The notes: a model not told the origin generated them from the sequence alone. A stretch of 32,000 nucleotides of DNA from Candidatus Micrarchaeota archaeon (GCA_021787495.1 JAJYLX010000002.1:21455-53454); one strand, 5' to 3'. Shown: positions 24,334-31,945, numbered from the stretch's first letter. Numbers and translations are program-made.

Positions 24334-25452
24334 ATGGGCTTTCTTAGCAGCGAGGTGCCGCAGGATCAGATAGAGCAGAGGGGCGCGGAGTTCTCAAATT
24401 TCATGAAACAGAGGGTGGGCCTGGTGAACAGGAAGCTCGACGAGTTCTTCAACGAGGAGAACTCGGAGCACTACTTCAAGAGGGTCCTCGAGAGGAGCGG
24501 CTACGAGTTCGACACCGACGCGCTCGTAGAAGGGGTGATAAAGCCGGTCAAGTACCTCGTCGAGCTCGGGGGGAAGCGGGTGCGCGCCCTCATGACGATG
24601 CTCAGCATGGAGGCGCTCGGCGTCGATTCCGCAAACTACGTGGAGTTCGCCATTATACCCGAGACCATACACAACGGGACGCTCGTACACGACGACGTGC
24701 AGGACAATTCGGACATGAGAAGGGGCGCAAAGGCGCTCCACAAGGTCTACGGCCTCGACATGGCATTGAACGTCGGCGACATCCTCTATTTCATAACGAT
24801 GCCCATGCTGGACGTGAGCAGGAAGATAGACGACGGGACGAAGCGCCGCATCTCGTCCGAGTACATGAAGCGCATGCTCGGCCTGGGCGTCGGGCAGGCG
24901 ACCGACATAGTCTGGCACAGGCAGATGCTCGACGTCTTCAGCATAACCGAGGACCAGTACCTGAGGGTGGTGTTCGACAAGACCGGCGCGCTCCTGGGCT
25001 TCGCCGCCAAGCTCGGCGCCCTGATAGCGAAGGCGGACGACGACACGGTGTCGTCGTTCGGGAAGCTCGGCAATGCGATAGGCGTCTCGTTCCAGATACA
25101 GGATGACATACTCAACATAGGGGGCGGCAAGGTCGCCGAGAACAAGGGCGGCGCCGGCGAGGACATAACCGAGGGCAAGGTCACGCTGCTCGTGGTGCAC
25201 GCGCTGCACAGCCTCCCGGAGAGCAAGGCGAAGAGGCTCGCCTCGATACTGAAGGAGCACACGAAGGACAAGGGGAAGATAGGCGAGGCAATAGCTCTGA
25301 TAGAGGAGTCCGGCGCCACGGACTACGCGCGCAAGAGGAGCGCCGCGATAATATCTGAGGCGTGGGACGGCCTCAGGAAGAGGCTCCCGGACGGGAAGGA
25401 AAAGGCGTACATCGCGGCGATGCTCGACATGCTGCTCTCAAGGGAGAGCTGA
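24334..25452 (+). CDS. Polyprenyl diphosphate synthase (GGPP synthase family; chain length uncertain)
   Basis: The first Asp-rich motif (LVHDDVQDNSDMRRG) and the second (FQIQDDILN) are present. The residue five positions before the first motif is Gly (IHNGTLVHDD), not the aromatic residue seen in archaeal C20 enzymes. Confidence 0.85.
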   Translation: MGFLSSEVPQDQIEQRGAEFSNFMKQRVGLVNRKLDEFFNEENSEHYFKRVLERSGYEFDTDALVEGVIKPVKYLVELGGKRVRALMTMLSMEALGVDSANYVEFAIIPETIHNGTLVHDDVQDNSDMRRGAKALHKVYGLDMALNVGDILYFITMPMLDVSRKIDDGTKRRISSEYMKRMLGLGVGQATDIVWHRQMLDVFSITEDQYLRVVFDKTGALLGFAAKLGALIAKADDDTVSSFGKLGNAIGVSFQIQDDILNIGGGKVAENKGGAGEDITEGKVTLLVVHALHSLPESKAKRLASILKEHTKDKGKIGEAIALIEESGATDYARKRSAAIISEAWDGLRKRLPDGKEKAYIAAMLDMLLSRES

Positions 25453-25461
25453 AGTGATGGA

Positions 25462-26517
25462 TTGGACTACACCCTCTCATGCGGAAGCTGCCACGCGGTG
25501 TACAAGGGCTCGTACAGGAGGCAGACGTGCGGCAGGTGCGGCGGCATACTCCGCGTCGATTACAAAGGGAAGGTCGGGAAGGCAAGGTTCGACGGCGACT
25601 TCTGGTCGATGGAACCGATACTGCCGGAGTCAAGGTATAGGCACTACGAGCTCGGCAACACGGAGCTGGTAAAGTCGGGGATCCAGGGATTGTGGCTGAA
25701 GCTCGAGCTGCAGAACCCGACGAGGTCTTTCAAGGACAGGGGTTCAGTGGTGGAGATAGCGAAGGCGAAGGAATACGGCTACAAGGAGGTGGTGTGCGCC
25801 TCTACGGGCAACATGGCCTATTCTGTTGCGTACTACGCCAAGCTGTCCGGGATAAAGGCGAAGATATTCGTGAGCAGCGACGCCAACAGAGACAAGATAA
25901 GGGACATAAGGGAGACGCACGATGCGAACATAACGAGGGTCGACGGCGATTTCACCGAGGCACAGAGGAGGGCCATTGGCTATGCGAAGAGGAACGGTGC
26001 GTTCCTCTCCGGGGACTACTGCTACAGGCAGGAGGGCCAGCGCACGATGCTCTACGAGATTGCTGCGCAGCTGAAGGCCGTGACGTACGTCATTGTGCCA
26101 GTAGGCAACGCGACGCTCATATCCGGCATGCTCAGGGCCGCGGAAGAGATGAAGGCGTCCGGAATGCTCAAGAGGCCCCCGAGGATAATAGGGATCGAGG
26201 CCGATAGGTGCAGCCCGATGTTCAAGGCATTCAAATCCGGACGGTCGATGAGATATGAACGACCCAGGACAATCGCTGACGCAATCGCCGTGGGATATCC
26301 CACGTTCGGAGACATGGCGATAAGGATGCTGCGCGAGCAGGGCGGCAGCATGATGACGGTCACGGAGAGGGAGATGGCGCTCGAACAGAACCGGTTCATC
26401 AGCGAGTACGGGATGATAGCCGAGCTGGCAGGGGTCGCGGGCATCGCGGCCTACAGGAAGCTCCACCTGCCCGGATCTGCGAAGGCGGTCGCGATAGTCT
26501 CGGGGGGCAACGTCTGA
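25462..26517 (+). CDS. thrC: Threonine synthase with an N-terminal zinc ribbon
   Basis: The PLP-lysine motif SFKDRG and the CxxC...CxxC N-terminus are present. TTG is the only start candidate, 10 nt after the upstream stop codon. Confidence 0.85.
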   Translation: MDYTLSCGSCHAVYKGSYRRQTCGRCGGILRVDYKGKVGKARFDGDFWSMEPILPESRYRHYELGNTELVKSGIQGLWLKLELQNPTRSFKDRGSVVEIAKAKEYGYKEVVCASTGNMAYSVAYYAKLSGIKAKIFVSSDANRDKIRDIRETHDANITRVDGDFTEAQRRAIGYAKRNGAFLSGDYCYRQEGQRTMLYEIAAQLKAVTYVIVPVGNATLISGMLRAAEEMKASGMLKRPPRIIGIEADRCSPMFKAFKSGRSMRYERPRTIADAIAVGYPTFGDMAIRMLREQGGSMMTVTEREMALEQNRFISEYGMIAELAGVAGIAAYRKLHLPGSAKAVAIVSGGNV

Positions 26518-26681
26518 CTCACTCCCCAATAGGCGCATTCAGGTCAAAGGAAGGGCCGAGGTATTACGAAAGACTCGCATCCCTCTTTGCGACATGGCAA
26601 ATGCGCGGTCTTGATGCGCAAGTAGAACTCAGGAAGATATTGCTATCGAACCTATGCCAGAGCTAAACATGTACAAACTTT

Positions 26682-26718
26682 ATAATAATATTGCAGCGTA
26701 AAGCTTAAATATTATTAT
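26682..26718. repeat. 11-bp perfect inverted repeat with a 15-nt spacer
   Basis: ATAATAATATT (26682-26692) and AATATTATTAT (26708-26718) flank GCAGCGTAAAGCTTA. Confidence 0.8.
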
Positions 26719-26733
26719 GAATATATATTCATA
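26716..26733. promoter_or_regulatory. Perfect 18-bp palindrome (candidate operator) overlapping the promoter of the DUF5320-DUF134 operon
   Basis: TATGAATAT-ATATTCATA ends 10 nt before ATG 26744. Confidence 0.55.
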
Positions 26734-26743
26734 ATGTGATAAA

Positions 26744-26995
26744 ATGGAGACGGAAGACGAACTATACGGATACGGACATGGGAGGCGGGCCTACGGCGGC
26801 GGGCGCGGGATGGGCGTCCACAGGCAGGACCATTACGGCCTGCACCACCAGAGGCCGTGCCGCAGGCGCGAATACGAGCTGGCGGAGACGAAGGAGGAGA
26901 AGAAGGCGGTCCTGGAGAAGTGGCTCAAGGAGGTCACGGCGAGGAGCACGGCGAGGAAGGCCGAACTCGAGCAGAAGCTGAAGGAACTGGAGTGA
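26744..26995 (+). CDS. DUF5320-like small protein (Gly/His/Arg-rich N-terminus, coiled-coil C-terminus)
   Basis: The composition and architecture (GYGHGRRAYGGGRGMG... then an EEKKAVLEKWLKE...LEQKLKELE coiled coil) and the position immediately upstream of a DUF134 gene are both typical of this family. Confidence 0.55.
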   Translation: METEDELYGYGHGRRAYGGGRGMGVHRQDHYGLHHQRPCRRREYELAETKEEKKAVLEKWLKEVTARSTARKAELEQKLKELE

Positions 26996-27007
26996 CGGGT
27001 TGAGTGG

Positions 27008-27385
27008 ATGCCTCCAAGGCCGATGCGCTGCAGAATGGTCGGATTCAGGCCCGATGTGACATACTTCAAGCCCGCCGGGGTCAGCATGGCCGAGCTGCAG
27101 CAATCGGTCCTTACGGTAGACGAGCTTGAGGCCCTGAGGCTGAAGGACATGGAGGGACTCGAGCAGGAGGAATGCGCATCCAAGATGGGCATATCGCAGC
27201 CGACGTTCCACAGGCTCGTCTCGACCGCGAGGAAGAAGATAGCGACAGCATTGGTAGAGGGCAGTGCTATCAAGATAGAGGGGGGCAACTACAGGTTCTC
27301 AGGGAGCATGGCGCACCATGGCAGCATGCACATGCACGGCCATGGGATGCGCGGCCGCCGTTACCGGCAACCGCAAGAGTTTTAA
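27008..27385 (+). CDS. DUF134 (UPF0251) family putative DNA-binding protein with a His-rich tail
   Basis: MPPRPMRCRMVGFRPDVTYFKPAGV...LTVDELEALRLKDMEGLEQEECASKMGISQPTFHRLVSTARKKIATALVEG matches the DUF134 sigma-70 region-4-like HTH pattern. The tail is HHGSMHMHGHGM. Confidence 0.8.
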   Translation: MPPRPMRCRMVGFRPDVTYFKPAGVSMAELQQSVLTVDELEALRLKDMEGLEQEECASKMGISQPTFHRLVSTARKKIATALVEGSAIKIEGGNYRFSGSMAHHGSMHMHGHGMRGRRYRQPQEF

Positions 27386-27410
27386 TGCTGAAACGGCAAT
27401 CCTATACCGT

Positions 27411-27523
27411 GCCAGGGTGGCGGAAACCGGTATCGCGTGCGCCTGGAAACCTGTTCCGGCAAGCGCATGGCCTCACGGCCTTCTGGGTTCAAAAGCCTCG
27501 CGCTGAAAATCCCAGCCCTGGCG
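27411..27523 (+). tRNA. tRNA-Ser (anticodon GGA) with two introns: 13 nt after position 37 and 16 nt at 59/60 in the T-loop
   Basis: Cloverleaf elements: acceptor GCCAGGG/CCCTGGC, D-arm GCGG-AAACCGGTA-TCGC, anticodon stem TGCGC/GCGCA, loop CT-GGA-AA, long variable arm GGCC-TCAC-GGCC, T-arm CTGGG-TTCAAAT-CCCAG, discriminator G. Removing 27449-27461 and 27494-27509 leaves an 84-nt class II tRNA. Both introns fold as bulge-helix-bulge motifs. Confidence 0.85.
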
Positions 27524-27526
27524 CAT
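27513..27526. repeat. 14-bp direct repeat, left copy (attL-like; 3' end of tRNA-Ser)
   Basis: CAGCCCTGGCGCAT is identical to 30011-30024. Confidence 0.8.
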
Positions 27527-27584
27527 TCATGCTTGTGATGCGCCCGACCCCGTCCTTAATAAGAGCGACAGCAGCTGCTACTAC

Positions 27585-28344
27585 ATGCAGGACCGGGAAC
27601 GGAACTTCAGGAGGAAGGCAGAGAGGTTGAAGGCAAACGAGGCCTTCGACGGAAGCGCGAGGAAGCAGGTCACGGACTACATGAGGGCCAGGGTGTGGGA
27701 TATCACAGGCTGCAGAGGATGGCGGACTTCCTCTGGCACCTTTTGGAGACCCACAACATAGACTTCACAGCCCTTACGCAGGATCAGATAAACGACCTCG
27801 CCATCTGGATCAACGGCAACCAGCAATGGAAGGAGTGGACGAAGTACAGCTACACCAGCATACTGAGGAACTTCCTGGATTGGCTCAACGAGCAGTACGA
27901 CCTCGGCCTCATGATACGGATAAGGCACAGGGCGCCCAAAAACTCGCTTATGCCAGAGTATCTGCTGAGCGAGGATAGATATGCAGGCTGATAAACGCGT
28001 CAGCTGACGCGCAAACCAGGCTTCTGCTAGGCATCGTTTACGAGTCCGGGACCAGGATAGGCGAGATTCTGACCCTGAGGCTGCAGAACGTCAGCTTCAA
28101 CACCTATGGGGCAAGACTGTCAGTCAAGGGCAAGACGGGCCAGCGCATCATACCAATAATATGGTATGCCAACCAGCTGAGGCAGTTCATGGAGAGCCAC
28201 CCGGACAGGGACAATCCAGAGGCGAACCTCTGGTTTACCAGAGAGAACGGTCTGGTGAAACCGTTGGCTTACGGCACCGTGAGGATGGTGCTCGGTAATA
28301 CGTATTTAGCTTTATTCATGGGAAAGGACAATGATGTCGATTAA
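27585..28344 (+). pseudogene. Tyrosine recombinase (archaeal phage-integrase family) pseudogene with two frameshifts and 3' truncation
   Basis: Three frames are needed to read the protein. They give MQDRERNFRRKAERLKANEAF..VTDYMRARVWDITG, then LQRMADFLWHLLE..WKEWTKYSYTSILRNFLDWL..YLLSED, then LINASADAQTRLLLGIVYESGTRIGEILTLRLQNV..GKTGQRIIP. Frame shifts lie near 27710 and 27988. Similarity ends near 28297, before the HxxR...Y catalytic half. Confidence 0.8.
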
Positions 28345-29040
28345 ATGATAAAAGTGATCGTATTTGATGGTGGGGGAACCCTGGTTGCTAGCCTTCCCAA
28401 ACCGGAGAGAATAAATAACATACTGATGTCACAAGGCTATAAATTAGGCCTGAATAAGATAAATGACGCCTTCTTCTTATCTAGAGATATAGCAAAACTG
28501 TTGCGTGAGAAGGGTCTAATAAAATTAGACGGCGATGGATATCTCGTGGAAAATGAAATTAGAATGATGCTGCTCGGCTTCGAAGGAAAAATAGTAACCA
28601 GATTGGCTAAAAAAATATGCAGGGAAATGCTGGCAGCGGGAAAGACCAAACCATACCCGGAAACAGTAAAAGTGCTCAATTCGCTGAAGAAACGCAGATA
28701 CAGGGTTGGCATCCTGACTGCTGGCACGGTAGGCGGCTACAGAACAAAGCTGAGAGAGCTAAGCCTGCTTAAGTATTTTGATTTCATAGTAGGCGAGGAC
28801 ACTACAAATGCGCCCAAGCCTGATCCACGCGCGTATAAATACATAATAAGCATTGCCAAATGCGAACCACGTGAGATACTGTTTGTCGGGAACGAATTCG
28901 TAAACGATTATAGAGAACCGAGGAGGCACAAAATGAATGCGGTACTCGTAGACAGGGAGAACAGGTATGGCAAAAACGTCACGAAGATAGGCACGTTACT
29001 CCCTCTCTCTAATAACACTTTCCTAAGCAGATTCAAATAA
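28345..29040 (+). CDS. HAD-superfamily hydrolase (subfamily IA-like), AT-richer foreign gene
   Basis: The motifs are VIVFDGGGTL (motif I with Gly at the Asp+2 position), GILTAGT, KPDPRAY and VGNEFVNDY. Its ATG directly abuts the stop of the truncated integrase frame (TAAATG). Confidence 0.75.
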   Translation: MIKVIVFDGGGTLVASLPKPERINNILMSQGYKLGLNKINDAFFLSRDIAKLLREKGLIKLDGDGYLVENEIRMMLLGFEGKIVTRLAKKICREMLAAGKTKPYPETVKVLNSLKKRRYRVGILTAGTVGGYRTKLRELSLLKYFDFIVGEDTTNAPKPDPRAYKYIISIAKCEPREILFVGNEFVNDYREPRRHKMNAVLVDRENRYGKNVTKIGTLLPLSNNTFLSRFK

Positions 29041-29144
29041 TCGGCAATAGTCTGGAGCTCTGCCAAACCAAAAATAAGCTACCAAATCTCAGCACTACAT
29101 ATTAGCTTATATATCTCCAAAGACAGGAAGTTATATCGATATAA

Positions 29145-29291
29145 ATGCCGAATAAGTCGCTTGAATCTGCGAAAGGTTCTGTGGAAACCTCGCAGAGGAC
29201 ATTGCGGAATGTGACCTTAATCGGCGCTGACTGCACAGATGTGGACAGGCTAGTCAGTGTTGCGGGCATATGCCAGCGGAGCATAGAATAG
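29145..29291 (+). CDS. Candidate 48-aa ORF within the island
   Basis: It is preceded by a perfect 14-bp palindrome that also looks like a TATA box (TTATATCGATATAA, 29131-29144). It is followed by twin hairpins plus a T-rich tract. No homology was recognised. Confidence 0.2.
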   Translation: MPNKSLESAKGSVETSQRTLRNVTLIGADCTDVDRLVSVAGICQRSIE

Positions 29292-29302
29292 GCAGGAGCT
29301 TT

Positions 29303-29341
29303 CCCCCGACTTCGTCGGGGGTGCAGCGCAGTAGGGCTGCA
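29303..29341 (+). terminator. Tandem stem-loops followed by a T-rich tract
   Basis: CCCCCGAC-TTC-GTCGGGGG (29303-29321) is followed by TGCAGC-GCAGTAGG-GCTGCA (29322-29341) and then TAATTTTATCCTTT. Confidence 0.4.
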
Positions 29342-29428
29342 TAATTTTATCCTTTCGCATCAATCATCATGTGGCGGCGGGGTGACCGCGGTCAACGCGG
29401 TCGGATTTTCTGCCGCCGACGCGAGAAT

Positions 29429-29728
29429 ATGAACAGCGTAGCGAATGCAAAGAATAAAGATCTATCGGATTTTTGGAGTTTGGGACGAAAGTCTACAATA
29501 AGAGGCCCTCCACAATGGAAAGACATCATAAGAGCATTGATTACGGATACAATCGCTTTTCCCGCTGAGTATTATCGGAGAGAGAACTCAGAAAGTGGGT
29601 TCACAGCTGACAAAAGATTCGATGGGTGGAAGGTGTCTCAGAAGTTAGACGAGAGAATAGGTACTGCAGTTATATGTAAAGGAGTATGGCATAATCTCTT
29701 GTGGTTAACTGGAGAAGATAATACCTGA
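29429..29728 (+). CDS. Hypothetical protein (99 aa), AT-rich island cargo
   Basis: The ORF is taken from the internal ATG at 29429 of track ORF 29369..29728. Its codon usage resembles the HAD gene rather than the host. No family was recognised. Confidence 0.35.
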   Translation: MNSVANAKNKDLSDFWSLGRKSTIRGPPQWKDIIRALITDTIAFPAEYYRRENSESGFTADKRFDGWKVSQKLDERIGTAVICKGVWHNLLWLTGEDNT

Positions 29729-29929
29729 CTTTCGTCCCAAACTCATCTCGGAGGCGACATAGGCCACCACCTCGCTGAGCATGCTCACTTCTTCAACATA
29801 AATTTCATCGACATAGGGCATTTCACCGAGCAGGAGGGGATGGCGAGTCTCGCCAAGGTGCTTGCGAAGCGGTTTCCGGACGTGCGCTTCGAGTACGTCG
29901 AGCAGGGACCGCTGTGGGATGTCAGGTGA
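29729..29929 (+). pseudogene. 5'-truncated gene remnant with host-like codon usage
   Basis: A start-less 66-codon frame (..THLGGDIGHHLAEHAHFFNINFIDIGHFTEQEGMASLAKVLAKRFPDVRFEYVEQGPLWDVR) shows strong G/C third-position bias and ATA/AGG usage. It is in frame with the preceding ORF and separated from it by a single TGA. Confidence 0.3.
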
Positions 29930-30010
29930 ACAGAGTATGGCAGCTGGCATGGCATATGTATAACGCGTACACTAAGAATAGGTGAGACTATGCACAAACC
30001 AGGAACAGTT

Positions 30011-30024
30011 CAGCCCTGGCGCAT
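30011..30024. repeat. 14-bp direct repeat, right copy (attR-like)
   Basis: CAGCCCTGGCGCAT is identical to 27513-27526. Confidence 0.8.
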
Positions 30025-30096
30025 CCGCTAAACGATAGGTATTTATTCGTAAGGAATAGAATAGCAAGAGGAAATGCGTGTTCTCCGAAAGGGAAG

Positions 30097-30107
30097 GCAT
30101 TTTATTC
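30097..30107 (+). promoter_or_regulatory. TATA-like box of the S13-S4-S11 operon
   Basis: GCATTTTATTC is centred about 27 nt upstream of ATG 30129. Confidence 0.45.
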
Positions 30108-30128
30108 TTGATACCCACAGGTCTCTGA

Positions 30129-30683
30129 ATGGCTGAAGGGAAAGACCAACGTCAAAAGAGAGAAGAGCGCGGCGCTCAGTCCATCATAAGGATAGCAGGG
30201 CGCGACATAGACGGGGCGCTCAACATAGAGCGCGCCCTCTCCAGAGTCAAGGGTATAGGCATGAACATGTCACACTCGCTTTCCCATGCGGTCGAGATGA
30301 AGCTCAACATACCGAAGGCCACGGCCCTCAAATCCCTATCTGAGAAGCAGATAGCTGACATTGAGGGCGTGATAAAGAGCCCAGAGAGCTCGGGGATACC
30401 AAAGTACATGCTCAACAGGAGGAAGGACAACGAGACCGGAAAGGACATGCACTACGTCGGCAACGACCTTACGTTCAACACGCGGCAGGACATAAACCGC
30501 GAAGTAAACAACCGCACGTGGCGCGGATTCAGGCACCAGTACGGCCAGAGGGTGCGCGGGCAGCACACGAGGAGCACGGGCAGGACCGGCGCCGCTGTCG
30601 GGGTCATGAAGAAGGCAATCAAGCAGCAGCAGGAGGCGGCGAAGTCGGCGGAGAAGAAGCCAGCCGTCGCAGAGAAGAAATAA
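30129..30683 (+). CDS. rps13: 30S ribosomal protein S13 (uS13)
   Basis: IIRIAGRDIDGALNIERALSRVKGIGMNMSHSL and WRGFRHQYGQRVRGQHTRSTGR are present. Confidence 0.95.
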   Translation: MAEGKDQRQKREERGAQSIIRIAGRDIDGALNIERALSRVKGIGMNMSHSLSHAVEMKLNIPKATALKSLSEKQIADIEGVIKSPESSGIPKYMLNRRKDNETGKDMHYVGNDLTFNTRQDINREVNNRTWRGFRHQYGQRVRGQHTRSTGRTGAAVGVMKKAIKQQQEAAKSAEKKPAVAEKK

Positions 30684-30695
30684 TGAGGTAATGCT

Positions 30696-31328
30696 GTGGG
30701 AGCGCCGAGGAGGAACCGGACAAAGTTCGACAAGCCAAAGGACATATGGAACCTCCAGAGGATCAACTCCGACAACGCGCTCAAGAACGAGTACGCCCTC
30801 AAGAACATGAAGGAGCTGTGGAAGGTGCAGTCGAACATAAGCAGGGTAAGGGGGAACGTGCGCCTGCTGCTGTCCGGCAGCGCACCGAACAAGGCCATGG
30901 AATCGGACATAATCGCCAGCTTGTCAAAGTACGGCATAGTCAGCAATACCGCCAAGCTCGACGACCTGCTCGACCTGAAGGTCAACTCCTTCCTCGAGCG
31001 CAGGCTTCAGAGCATAGTGTTCAGGAAGGGCATGGCCAGGAGCATGCGCCAGGCCCGCCAGCTCATAACCCACGGCTTCATATCAGTGAACGGCAAGAAG
31101 GCGAGCCGCCCTGGCCGCATGCTCACAAGCGAGGAGGAGCAGCATGTCTCATACTATAGGCAGATCGACGTAAACGTCAACGTCAAGCCCGCCCCTGCAC
31201 CTAAGCCCGCGGCGCAAGAGGTCGCGGAGGAGGCCGCCCAAGTGCATGAATCATCCGAGCAGATAGAGGAGGCGAAGGAGGAAGTCGCCGAGGAAAGGGC
31301 GGAGGAGAAGGAGGATAAAGGCGAATGA
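30696..31328 (+). CDS. rps4: 30S ribosomal protein S4 (uS4) with an acidic C-terminal extension
   Basis: GTG start. [17 protein letters not shown] matches the GDPRKxRKKYxTPxHPW pattern, and an S4 RNA-binding domain follows ([32 protein letters not shown]). Confidence 0.95.
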   Translation: MGAPRRNRTKFDKPKDIWNLQRINSDNALKNEYALKNMKELWKVQSNISRVRGNVRLLLSGSAPNKAMESDIIASLSKYGIVSNTAKLDDLLDLKVNSFLERRLQSIVFRKGMARSMRQARQLITHGFISVNGKKASRPGRMLTSEEEQHVSYYRQIDVNVNVKPAPAPKPAAQEVAEEAAQVHESSEQIEEAKEEVAEERAEEKEDKGE

Positions 31329-31831
31329 CCATGGCTGAGGAGAAGAAGAAAGCAGGGGCAAAAGAGGAGGCGACGACCAAGAAGAAGGAGAAGGTGATAC
31401 AGTCCTACGAAGCGAAGGCGCTCGAGGAATCGAAGGTCAGGCCGAAGGCGGAGCGCTGGGCCGTGGCGCACGTCTACTCATCGAAGAACGACACCATAGT
31501 AACGCTCACGGACATGTCGGGCGCAGAGACCATAGCGGTCGCGAGCGGCGGCATGATGGTCAATGCGGACTCGCAGGAGGGAGAGCCGTACGCCGCGATG
31601 CAGGTTGCATACAAGATCGCCGCGGAGGCGAAGGAGCGCGGAATCTACAACGTGAAGATACAGATAAGGGCGCCTGGAGGGAACGGCGCCAAGACGCCGG
31701 GCGCGGGGGCGCAGGCGGTCGTGAGGGTTCTTGCGCGTTCAGGTCTCCGCATCAATAGGATCGAGGACGTGACCCCGATACCCACAGATACTACGAGGAG
31801 GCCCGGCGGCAAGCGCGGAAGGAGGGTCTGA
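31325..31831 (+). CDS. rps11: 30S ribosomal protein S11 (uS11) with a Lys/Glu-rich N-terminal extension
   Basis: [20 protein letters not shown] and the C-terminal [20 protein letters not shown] are present. It overlaps rps4 by 4 nt. Confidence 0.95.
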   Translation: MTMAEEKKKAGAKEEATTKKKEKVIQSYEAKALEESKVRPKAERWAVAHVYSSKNDTIVTLTDMSGAETIAVASGGMMVNADSQEGEPYAAMQVAYKIAAEAKERGIYNVKIQIRAPGGNGAKTPGAGAQAVVRVLARSGLRINRIEDVTPIPTDTTRRPGGKRGRRV

Positions 31832-31945
31832 TACCATCCTCCAAGCGCAGAGCAGGGGTCGGCCTTTCGAGCGAGTTCCCCATCAAGCCCCGGTCAGATC
31901 CCCATGGCCCCGCACCCACCTGCGGACGCATTGCCAGGCAGAGCC

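Larger units (their letters stand above)
27513..30024. mobile_element. Decayed integrated element (about 2.5 kb remnant) at the 3' end of tRNA-Ser
   Basis: The element is bounded by identical 14-bp direct repeats, one of which lies inside the tRNA 3' end. A tyrosine-recombinase pseudogene sits next to the tRNA. The internal AT-richer block uses different codons from the host (AGA, AAA, TTA). Confidence 0.75.

Noticed and set aside
29726-29728. In-frame TGA joining ORF 29429..29728 to the downstream 66-codon frame, considered as stop-codon recoding or selenocysteine.
   Set aside because: Many well-supported genes in this window terminate at TGA at the expected length, so global UGA reassignment is excluded. 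The two halves have different composition, no SECIS-like context was recognised, and the junction coincides with a compositional breakpoint.
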